A stretch of 16,215 nt of DNA, taken from a virus. Within the stretch, counting starts at the first letter, position 1. Every line of letters begins with the position of its first letter. Shown in pieces: positions 1 to 6,384 of this stretch. Under the pieces are notes generated by a model. The model was given only the letters and a program-made list of their open reading frames with translations, was not told the origin of the DNA and made no database searches. The DNA lies in IMG/VR virus record IMGVR_UViG_3300017978_000218, positions 1 through 16,215 of that record; one strand, given 5' to 3'. Both the position numbers and the translations under genes were made by a program.

Positions 1-55
1 CTGAGAGTCCCGAAGCGCCCAGTTATCTTCTTCCAGTCAAAAGGGAATCTCATAA
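1..55. repeat. Left copy of an exact 55-nt terminal direct repeat (assembly overlap / circular closure)
   Basis: Bases 1-55 (ctgagagtcc...ggaatctcataa) match 16161-16215 base for base. The copy contains the first 53 nt of the M23 peptidase gene, so it is redundancy and not a second gene. Confidence 0.9.
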
Positions 56-259
56 AAGCGCCTGGTTCACTAGGACTACTGCGACAGCGGTTAGCGCAGC
101 GGAAGCAAAGGCAGTCACCCAGGCACTACTCCAACGAGCGCGCTCTAGCTCTCTAACTCGAGTTTCTAGATCAGCGTAGTTCTTTACAGTTGCCTTGATT
201 TCGGCGATGTCCTGAGCAAGCTGAAAAAGGATTGAGTCGTGACCTGGTAGCTCTGGCAT
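50..259 (-). CDS. Small tail-anchored membrane protein (putative holin-like / lysis accessory protein)
   Basis: 69 aa. ATG 259..257 shares TAATG with the stop of the upstream gene. The N-terminal half is charged and helical (AEIKATVKNYADLETRVRELERAR). A single C-terminal hydrophobic helix follows (WVTAFASAALTAVAVVLV). Its TGA (52..50) overlaps the ATG (53..51) of the M23 peptidase gene as ATGA across the circular junction. Confidence 0.5.
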   Translation of the reverse strand: MPELPGHDSILFQLAQDIAEIKATVKNYADLETRVRELERARWSSAWVTAFASAALTAVAVVLVNQALL

Positions 260-594
260 TAGATTTCAACCTCTACCCAAGCTAGAGAGTCCTCGCTCCA
301 AGAGTAGATAAGCCCGTCAGTTGGGTAAACAACTGGAGCAACCCAACGGCAAGTTTCCTCGTCAAGCGCCCAAGAGTCGAACGGTTTAGGCGCGATGAAT
401 GCGTCACGCTCGGAGTCATAGGTGTAACCGATACCAGCAAAGTTCTTGCGAATGTTGCCGTTGTATGAGGTCTTTACCCAATTACCGCCCAAGTTCTCGA
501 CAAGCCAATCCTGACCTTCGTTTGGAGCGTCATTGTCAGTAACAAGCACACGCAAGACGATGTTTTTATCGTCAATTTCCGCGAAATGAGCCAT
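259..594 (-). CDS. Conserved phage protein of unknown function located after the tail fibre genes
   Basis: 111 aa. ATG 594..592 overlaps the TAA of the upstream glycine-rich gene (TAATG). The pattern MAHFAEIDDKNIVLRVLV...W...LGGNWVKTSY...YD...D.F...P..SW.LD resembles a recurrent phage family I recall seeing near tail fibre genes. Its function is unknown. Confidence 0.55.
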   Translation of the reverse strand: MAHFAEIDDKNIVLRVLVTDNDAPNEGQDWLVENLGGNWVKTSYNGNIRKNFAGIGYTYDSERDAFIAPKPFDSWALDEETCRWVAPVVYPTDGLIYSWSEDSLAWVEVEI

Positions 595-1457
595 TATGCT
601 GCGTACCTCACGATCACAATACCTGAACCGCCGTTGTATCCAGTAGACAAACTGCCACCACCAGCACCGCCACCTGTATTGACAGTTCCAGCTGTTCCCT
701 CACTTGGAGTCGTGCTAGTTCTACCACCGTTACCCCCACCGCCTAGACCACCAGAAGCTGGCGGAACATCATGAGTAGCACCACCACCACCGCCACCGCG
801 ATAAGTTGCCGTTCCATTTATAGAGGACTGAACACCGATACCACCAGCACCAGCAGCGCCAGAGTTAGCGTTGCCACCAGCACCACCAGCACCGCCACCG
901 CCACCTCCACCGAGCGAAGACATGCTGTCAGTTCCAGAGCCACCGGCATAACCCTGCCCAGTAGTTCCAGCACCGCCACCATTGGCGTTTCTAGCACCAC
1001 CAGAACCAGAACCACCCGATTGACCTGGTTGGAACACTGATTGACCTGTGCCTTTACCGCCACCCAAAGCTGTGATTGTAGAAAAAACAGAGTTGGAACC
1101 CTGTCCACCAAAGCTAGTGTTACTTGAGGAACCTGCTCCACCTGCTCCGACTGTAACTGTGTAATTGGTCGAAGCGGTTAGTGACAATCTAGACTCGGCA
1201 CTCGCGCCGCCACCGGAAGACTCACCTACAACGGAGGAGCGATAGCCACCAGCACCAGCACCACCACCAAGCTGGAAAGTAGAGCCACCACCTCCAGCGA
1301 CAACTAGATATTCCACGCCAGTTAGGTTTTCAAGGGGCGTGAAAGTGCCTGAGCTGGTAAAAGTGTGAACCCAATACCCATTAGCCAGGGTAATAGTGCC
1401 ACCAGTCGCTTTAGGGTCTGCGGTCTGTGCTGCCAAAATGCCTAGAGGAGTAAGCAA
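594..1457 (-). CDS. Glycine-rich minor tail / tail fibre protein
   Basis: 287 aa with 90 Gly by my count (31%). TTG start 1457..1455 has AGGAG 7 nt upstream. The N-terminal motif GYWVHTFTSSGTFTP...VEYLVVAGGGGS is followed by GGxGxGG runs, as in glycine-rich domain phage tail proteins. It sits in the tail fibre block. Confidence 0.65.
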   Translation of the reverse strand: MLTPLGILAAQTADPKATGGTITLANGYWVHTFTSSGTFTPLENLTGVEYLVVAGGGGSTFQLGGGAGAGGYRSSVVGESSGGGASAESRLSLTASTNYTVTVGAGGAGSSSNTSFGGQGSNSVFSTITALGGGKGTGQSVFQPGQSGGSGSGGARNANGGGAGTTGQGYAGGSGTDSMSSLGGGGGGGAGGAGGNANSGAAGAGGIGVQSSINGTATYRGGGGGGATHDVPPASGGLGGGGNGGRTSTTPSEGTAGTVNTGGGAGGGSLSTGYNGGSGIVIVRYAA

Positions 1458-1458
1458 T

Positions 1459-1962
1459 TTACGCTCCTAGATCACCGATTAGGCGATACTGCCCAGAAGC
1501 AACGCATAGGACCGAAGCAGCAGACTCCTGAGCTGCGGTCTTGAGCTTGCTTCCCTTGCTTTGTAGAGTTACGCCTGAACCTGCTGCGAAGGTAATCTGC
1601 CCAGTGCCGTCTTGTAGGAAGTCAATGCGCTGACCTACTGAAAGCACATTGGCAATAGTCACAGTTACAGCGGAACCAGTAGAAACAATTAGCTTGCTGA
1701 CATCAGTTGCCTGAATGGTGTAGTTGGCGGAGATGTTGCTCACAGTCTGAGCATTTGGGAGCAAGTCCACCCAGGCACTTCCGTTGTAATACTGATAAAC
1801 GTTAGTTCCGGTCAGGTAAGTAATCTGTCCCTCAAGTGGGGTTTCGATACCGGCAGTTCTCGCGGTGCTATCAACAAAGGTCGCGACAACCTGCGACATA
1901 AGAAACTCATTCAGCTCACTCGCGTTGAGTGGAAAGCCGTTTACAAAAGTTTTGAACGCCAT
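1459..1962 (-). CDS. Minor tail protein (possible receptor-binding component)
   Basis: 167 aa with ATG 1962..1960. The N-terminal motif F.NGFPLNASELNEFL....VATF.DSTAR.....P.EGQITYL.....YQYYNGSAWV resembles the conserved N-terminus I recall from actinophage minor tail proteins. It lies between the Dit-position gene and the glycine-rich gene. Confidence 0.5.
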   Translation of the reverse strand: MAFKTFVNGFPLNASELNEFLMSQVVATFVDSTARTAGIETPLEGQITYLTGTNVYQYYNGSAWVDLLPNAQTVSNISANYTIQATDVSKLIVSTGSAVTVTIANVLSVGQRIDFLQDGTGQITFAAGSGVTLQSKGSKLKTAAQESAASVLCVASGQYRLIGDLGA

Positions 1963-1965
1963 GAT

Positions 1966-3222
1966 CTAGAATTCCTTCCAAAGCTCTAGTGTAGTGAACC
2001 ACTGGTTCACAGTGATGTTGTGACTCACCTTAGTAATGGTGTAGCCCTGGTTTATGTTGAGTTGTGGGGTTTGATAATTCACAGCAATAGTTTCACCTGG
2101 TAGAAACACCGCTGCGTGAGTCAGGTTGCCTAGTCGGTTGATTGCTGGAGTTTCTACGCTCTTTACCAACTGCTTCTGAGTCTGATTGAACACCGCGTTA
2201 GCCCAGCTCGTTAGCTCGGTTTCGTCAGTAGTGTTTAGATCAGTGTCAAGCGCAAACTCTCCGTAGAGTTCAATCGAGTCAGTGTTGCGAACGATTACCG
2301 AAGTTTCGCTGTCAGACTTCAAGCTCACCTTTAGGGAGTTGAACACCGCGTCAATGTCCGAAGCAACCTCTAGGTCGCTCATACAGAGGTGTAGCGCGTC
2401 ATCGTGATTGTTGCCTACTGAATAGGTTTCCTCGGTGACAATCGGAGCGCTGCGAGGGATTAGCACGAATTCCTGAGTCGCAGGGTCCACCCAGAACAAT
2501 GCCAAGCCAACCTGGATTGCGTCATAGAGCGGAGTATTAGGAATGAAGTCGGTTAGCAACTGAGGCGGGATTTTCCCGCGAGTGTCAGCGCTGGTTGCGT
2601 TCATGTCAGTGCCGAATTGGTCTGCCAGTATCTCAACGACCTCGTAGGGAGTCGCATAGCCGTCAGGAAACACCTCGGTGTCAGTTGTATCCAGCAGGGC
2701 TAGTCGAGAGTTTACAAAGCGCTTGAAGCTGTCGTAAGCGGTCAGGCGCATAAGGTTCTGATTGCTCTCGCTGTCGTAATTCACCTGAATGGTGTCAATG
2801 AACCCGTTGAACAAAGTCACATTGACTAGATCGCGAGCAAGTCGGACTCTTACCGGAACCCCAGGTCTGAACGCAGGGTTCTGAGTCGGGTCAATCAGTA
2901 GGTTTTGAAGCGTGATGTTTGCCTGCCCAGATTGAGGCTGGAAGTAGAGCGCGTCTTGAACCTGCCCACCGATAGAAGTCTGAACCTGCGAGGTGGAACA
3001 TTCGAAAGCTTGCCAGGTGAAAGCAATAGGCGAGTCACCTGCTAGAACATCATCTCCACCGAGTTCTGATACTCCGATAATGAACTGGTTAGCTCCTGCC
3101 AGAACATCATCGCCACCTAGTAGCGAGATACCGAGAATGAATAGGTTTCCCTCAGCGTCAGGTAGAAAGAACTCAACCTTTAGATCAGTAGCGATGTCGA
3201 AGTCGGTTAGAACGTCACTCAT
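1966..3222 (-). CDS. Minor tail protein in the distal-tail (Dit/baseplate hub) position
   Basis: 418 aa. ATG 3222..3220 overlaps the tape measure TGA (ATGA). The gene immediately after the tape measure is the Dit/Tal position in siphovirus synteny. The N-terminus contains a tandem 19-aa repeat. Confidence 0.55.
   Translation of the reverse strand: MSDVLTDFDIATDLKVEFFLPDAEGNLFILGISLLGGDDVLAGANQFIIGVSELGGDDVLAGDSPIAFTWQAFECSTSQVQTSIGGQVQDALYFQPQSGQANITLQNLLIDPTQNPAFRPGVPVRVRLARDLVNVTLFNGFIDTIQVNYDSESNQNLMRLTAYDSFKRFVNSRLALLDTTDTEVFPDGYATPYEVVEILADQFGTDMNATSADTRGKIPPQLLTDFIPNTPLYDAIQVGLALFWVDPATQEFVLIPRSAPIVTEETYSVGNNHDDALHLCMSDLEVASDIDAVFNSLKVSLKSDSETSVIVRNTDSIELYGEFALDTDLNTTDETELTSWANAVFNQTQKQLVKSVETPAINRLGNLTHAAVFLPGETIAVNYQTPQLNINQGYTITKVSHNITVNQWFTTLELWKEF
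3034..3147 (-). repeat. Tandem 57-nt (19-aa) duplication inside the 418-aa tail gene
   Basis: Units 3091-3147 and 3034-3090 align at about 40/57 nt. They encode NLFILGISLLGGDDVLAGA and NQFIIGVSELGGDDVLAGD. Confidence 0.8.
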
Positions 3223-4484
3223 TTGAGCAGGTTCCTAATTGTGGAGCCAGTCTGGTTCTGGTAAGCCTGGAGGCTAGAAACAATTCCACTGGCGTTACTG
3301 CTTGCGCTGTTCACCACAATGTTGTTGTTTACTGTCACACCTGGCTTCGAAGTTGTCCCGGTAGTCGGTGGTTTGGTGCTAGGCGCGGTTGTGCTTCCAG
3401 CCATGAACATGTTGCCCTGAACTCCGCTCGGAGTAGGTGCGGTGGACTGCCCTGAGAAGTTGATAGCGCCGTTTCCAGCAGCTCTGCTCCAACCTCCGTC
3501 TGCCATGATTGCCTTATTCACCATGTCAATGGCTTGTAGCGCAGCAAGAACTAGCCCAAGCGGTCCCAGAGCCTTAGTCATAGCTCCGCCGAGGGTAGTT
3601 GTGCTAGCAGCGCTTATGGCAGCTACAACGTTGTAAGCCTTCCAAGCAACAGTAAGAGTTCCGACAGTTGCGACAATCGGGATTAGAACATCTTTGTATT
3701 TCACCATCAACCCAATGACAGTGCCGAACTGCTTGATCATGTCCACAATGACTTTGACAATCTCCTGAATCATCTCAGTCGTGCCAGGCTCAGCAAGCCA
3801 CTGAGAAAACTGCTGGAGATAAGGGAGCAGAGCCATGCCAACCTGCTCTTGTAGCTCCCCAAAAAGAACATTCATTCGCGCATAAGGGTCGGTGTTAGAA
3901 GCTGCCTCCGCTGCGCCATCGAATTGCTGAGCTAGGAAAGCAATCGGGTCATCTACGCCCTTTACAGCAGGGAGAAGTCTTTCTAGCGCTCCAGTGCTTC
4001 CCTCTAGCGCCTTTGCCATCGCTTGAGTTACAGCGTCTAGGGACTTACCGGACCCAGCAGAAACATCTAGAGCAACGCCTAGAAGTCTGTTGGACTCCTC
4101 TAGATCACCTGTTGATTGTGTCAGTTTGGCGAACGCTGGGCGGAGCTGGTCATCGGCTACTGAGGCTTGTAGCTGATACTTGCTAATAATCTTCTCAACG
4201 GCAGAGATTTGATTATCAGTTGCGTTTGTAGAGGCTCTGAGCGATAGCGCTAGTAGCTCTTGGGACTTGCTGTCCTCGATGGCAGCCTTAGAAGCCTCTT
4301 TTAGCTGATTTATGACAACGCTGAGCGAGAAGCCTAGACCGATAGCACCTAGAGCAGTCTTCATGCTCTTGCTTATCTTGCCGACAGTGCTGTTTAGTCC
4401 CTTTAGGTCTTTGGCAGCGCCGTTGGTAGCGTTGGTGAGTTTCTTGAACTCTCCCAAGATTTCAACATTGAGAACTAGGCTCAC
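3219..4484 (-). CDS. Tape measure protein
   Basis: 421 aa. GTG start 4484..4482 has GAGGAG about 8 nt upstream. It directly follows the G/GT chaperone pair. The N-terminal half is Ala/Leu/Gln-rich and helical, with hydrophobic central segments (VLIPIVATVGTLTVAW..., LGPLGLVLAALQAI), and it is the longest tail gene. Confidence 0.75.
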   Translation of the reverse strand: MSLVLNVEILGEFKKLTNATNGAAKDLKGLNSTVGKISKSMKTALGAIGLGFSLSVVINQLKEASKAAIEDSKSQELLALSLRASTNATDNQISAVEKIISKYQLQASVADDQLRPAFAKLTQSTGDLEESNRLLGVALDVSAGSGKSLDAVTQAMAKALEGSTGALERLLPAVKGVDDPIAFLAQQFDGAAEAASNTDPYARMNVLFGELQEQVGMALLPYLQQFSQWLAEPGTTEMIQEIVKVIVDMIKQFGTVIGLMVKYKDVLIPIVATVGTLTVAWKAYNVVAAISAASTTTLGGAMTKALGPLGLVLAALQAIDMVNKAIMADGGWSRAAGNGAINFSGQSTAPTPSGVQGNMFMAGSTTAPSTKPPTTGTTSKPGVTVNNNIVVNSASSNASGIVSSLQAYQNQTGSTIRNLLK

Positions 4485-4621
4485 TTGTTTCGCTCCTCTA
4501 CTGCTTTCCTAAACGCTGTCAATTCTGCGAGAGTGAGCTGTCTAATCTCGCTAGGCGGTAGACCTGTTGCCAGGCTAAACCGAGCTAAGCGATCAGCAGC
4601 TTCCTCTCTTATTCTTTTTTT
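4481..4621 (-). CDS. -1 frameshift extension of the tail assembly chaperone (T part of a G-T fusion)
   Basis: After the heptamer A AAA AAA (4621..4615), the -1 frame stays open for 44 codons: RIREEAADRLARFSLATGLPPSEIRQLTLAELTAFRKAVEERNK. It ends at TGA 4483..4481, which overlaps the tape measure GTG (GTGA). This fills the otherwise unexplained 124-nt gap and is absent from the ORF track. Confidence 0.6.
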   Translation of the reverse strand, partial: KKRIREEAADRLARFSLATGLPPSEIRQLTLAELTAFRKAVEERNK

Positions 4622-4839
4622 GCGTCAGCCGTCAGAAACTCAACAGCTTCTTTTTGCGTCAGCTTTTCGGTGTCCTCAAACTTGTAGCCTGGGACTTCTC
4701 TGCGTTTGAAAATGAAGTAAAGCACTCTGAGCGCTCGACCTCTTGGCTTGCCGTCTGATAATGCCTCGTCAAACCCTGAACCCAACATCAGTTCGATCTC
4801 CTCAATCTCACCGAGGGTTAGTTCCTCAATCTTAATCAT
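4609..4839 (-). CDS. Tail assembly chaperone (G-like, zero-frame product)
   Basis: Small acidic protein between the tail tube/neck genes and the tape measure. I prefer ATG 4839..4837 (MIKIEELTLGEIEE...), which overlaps the upstream stop by 8 nt, over the track's TTG at 4884. It ends at TAA 4611..4609, just after an A7 slippery run. Confidence 0.6.
   Translation of the reverse strand: MIKIEELTLGEIEEIELMLGSGFDEALSDGKPRGRALRVLYFIFKRREVPGYKFEDTEKLTQKEAVEFLTADAKKE
4615..4621 (-). promoter_or_regulatory. Programmed -1 ribosomal frameshift slippery heptamer A_AAA_AAA
   Basis: Seven consecutive T on the plus strand (4615-4621). In the chaperone zero frame this reads gcA AAA AAA gaa taa, which fits X_XXY_YYZ two codons before the stop. 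Confidence 0.6.
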
Positions 4840-5233
4840 CTGCGTTTCTCGCTTTCGCTGTTTCTCGCTCAATAAGGTTTTCAAGCTCCCGAAGATAGTC
4901 TTGGTAAACTTCGGTTCTTGTCAATCCTATTGCCTTGATGAAGAAAGGCTGTGGTTTGATGTTGCGTTTGAACCAACCCCAGTGGATTGGATTTGCGTAG
5001 GGGACTCTACTGCCACCTGCGCTGATGGAAACTCGCCCGGTAGCTCTAGCGCCAATCCTTATGGAGTCGCGCAAAGCCCCAGAGCGAACCGGAGCCAAAG
5101 TCTTTGCTTCATTGACAACCCTGTCTGCTGATCTCTTAGCAGCGTCAGTTATCTCTTTGTTAGGGACTCCGACATTCTGTAACGCTTTAGTTACAGCACG
5201 CAGTCCCTTGACCTTGACTCCGGTCTGCTCCAT
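4832..5233 (-). CDS. HK97 gp10-like neck / tail completion protein
   Basis: 133 aa with ATG 5233..5231. The pattern LAPVRSGALRDSIR...SAGGSRVPYANPIHWGW....KPQPFFIKA matches my recollection of the HK97 gp10 family signature (P..tG.Lr.Si ... YA..vE.G ... pFl..A). Confidence 0.6.
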   Translation of the reverse strand: MEQTGVKVKGLRAVTKALQNVGVPNKEITDAAKRSADRVVNEAKTLAPVRSGALRDSIRIGARATGRVSISAGGSRVPYANPIHWGWFKRNIKPQPFFIKAIGLTRTEVYQDYLRELENLIERETAKARNADD

Positions 5234-5237
5234 AGGG

Positions 5238-5675
5238 TTACGCGGTTACAATCTCCACGCCGTAGTAGACATCGTTAGCAGGGTCGTGAACTGCGTTGTC
5301 TACTCGTAGGGTTACGGAGAACACCGAGGTGTTGTTGCTCGATAGCGACAGCGGAGGTAGCTCGTTGAACTTTACGGTTCCCTCGTAGTGTGGCTGGTTG
5401 CTAGAAGCAGTGGCGTTGCCGTTAGGTGCGATGGTGAAGCTTGCGGTGGTTCCGAAGTTCGCCCATAGCACGCGGTAAAGGGAGTCTGCGTCACCGGACA
5501 CAATACCCTCTAGAGTCAAAGCCCACTCGCCACCTACACGCTGCTCGCAGAAGGTCTGAACGTCACCTGGTGCGTCACCGAGCTGGAGGTCCACCATAGT
5601 AGCGTCACACTCGTAAGCAGTGGAGCCAATCTTGAATTTGATGTTTTGCGCTTGAATACGCGTTGAAGCTGCCAT
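5238..5675 (-). CDS. Major tail (tail tube) protein candidate
   Basis: 145 aa. ATG 5675..5673 has AAGAGGTG upstream. The sequence looks beta-rich and typical of small siphovirus tube proteins (KFKIGSTAYECDATMVDLQL...GEWALTLEGIVSGD...ASFTIAPNG...YEGTVKF). It lies in the neck/tail block upstream of the chaperones. Confidence 0.5.
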   Translation of the reverse strand: MAASTRIQAQNIKFKIGSTAYECDATMVDLQLGDAPGDVQTFCEQRVGGEWALTLEGIVSGDADSLYRVLWANFGTTASFTIAPNGNATASSNQPHYEGTVKFNELPPLSLSSNNTSVFSVTLRVDNAVHDPANDVYYGVEIVTA

Positions 5676-5691
5676 GATGGCACCTCTTTCT

Positions 5692-6066
5692 TTAGATCGT
5701 AAGTTCTATTTCGACATTGACTGTCGTTGCCAGGTATTCGGCGTTGTTAGTTTGTAGGTTGTAAGGGTTTGCGACCCTGAGAGTTCTTGCGTAGCGAATG
5801 TTTGCCAACGCTCCTAGAACATCGGCAATCGCCTCGTCTAGCTTCTCAGTAGCCTGCTTGTTAGTTGCCGTAGCTGCTACGACCACTAGCTCCAAACTCA
5901 TTACATACTCTCTGCCAAGACTGCTTGGAGTCAGGTATGGGTTAGCGCTGTTGATAATCACAATAGGCGGAACAATCCGCTCTGGGACATAGTCCAGAAC
6001 AGTTAGCCCGGCAGCGTCAAGATCTAGCTTGAACTCCTGCTTAGTTAGTGTGATTTCGTTAGTCAC
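5692..6066 (-). CDS. Head-tail joining / tail terminator-like neck protein
   Basis: 124 aa. GTG 6066..6064 overlaps the upstream TAG by 1 nt (TAGTG). Its position and size fit a neck protein. I see only a loose resemblance to DUF3168-type tail terminator proteins (VLDYVPE...PPIVII...LELVVVA), so the functional call is weak. Confidence 0.35.
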   Translation of the reverse strand: MTNEITLTKQEFKLDLDAAGLTVLDYVPERIVPPIVIINSANPYLTPSSLGREYVMSLELVVVAATATNKQATEKLDEAIADVLGALANIRYARTLRVANPYNLQTNNAEYLATTVNVEIELTI

Positions 6067-6374
6067 TAAAACCCATACCCGACATAAGGCAGCAGCAGAG
6101 GATAGACGGAAGACATCGGGTCTTTAGCAACCCTCATTGGACTGCCGTCTAAACTCGCAAACTGAGCAATACCGTTAGGCGCGCTCCTCCTGTGGTAAAT
6201 CTCGGAAGCACACTGGAACACTGCGATCTTGTGTAGGTCAGCTGGAACAGTAACGTCACCCTGGTAGTTGTCCACCAAAGCGTGCCCTGCGTCTAGCGCC
6301 TGCTCAATAAAGTCCGAAGACTCGTCAGTTCCGATGTATTCCTTGAACTCCGCCAGGAGGATTGAGCCTGCCAT
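6066..6374 (-). CDS. Head-tail adaptor (gp6-like connector)
   Basis: 102 aa with ATG 6374..6372. It lies directly after the capsid gene. The N-terminal LAEFKEYIGTDESSDFIEQALDAGHALVDNY is typical of gp6-like head-tail connector proteins. Confidence 0.55.
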   Translation of the reverse strand: MAGSILLAEFKEYIGTDESSDFIEQALDAGHALVDNYQGDVTVPADLHKIAVFQCASEIYHRRSAPNGIAQFASLDGSPMRVAKDPMSSVYPLLLPYVGYGF

Positions 6375-6384
6375 TGGATACCTA

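Noticed and set aside
1-53. An apparent 5' fragment of an M23 peptidase gene at the left edge of the window.
   Set aside because: It is the terminal-overlap copy of 16161-16213, not a second or truncated gene.
586-1141. Three long ORFs overlapping the glycine-rich gene: 586-774 (+), 771-1040 (+) and 818-1141 (-). They encode Pro-rich, Ser/Thr-rich or Val/Leu-rich low-complexity peptides.
   Set aside because: They are alternative-frame or antisense readings of the GGN/GCN repeat DNA. They have no start context and lie entirely inside a gene with a good RBS and synteny support.
594-1457. A diversity-generating retroelement target or a phase-variable cassette in the repetitive glycine-rich gene.
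   Set aside because: The genome contains no reverse transcriptase, template repeat or invertase, and no inverted repeats flank the gene.
4840-4884. The longer track starts at TTG codons for the chaperone (4884), the phosphoesterase (12492) and RusA (13220).
   Set aside because: In each case a downstream ATG or GTG gives a canonical stop/start overlap with the neighbouring gene and a more typical N-terminus. The TTG extensions overlap upstream coding sequence extensively.
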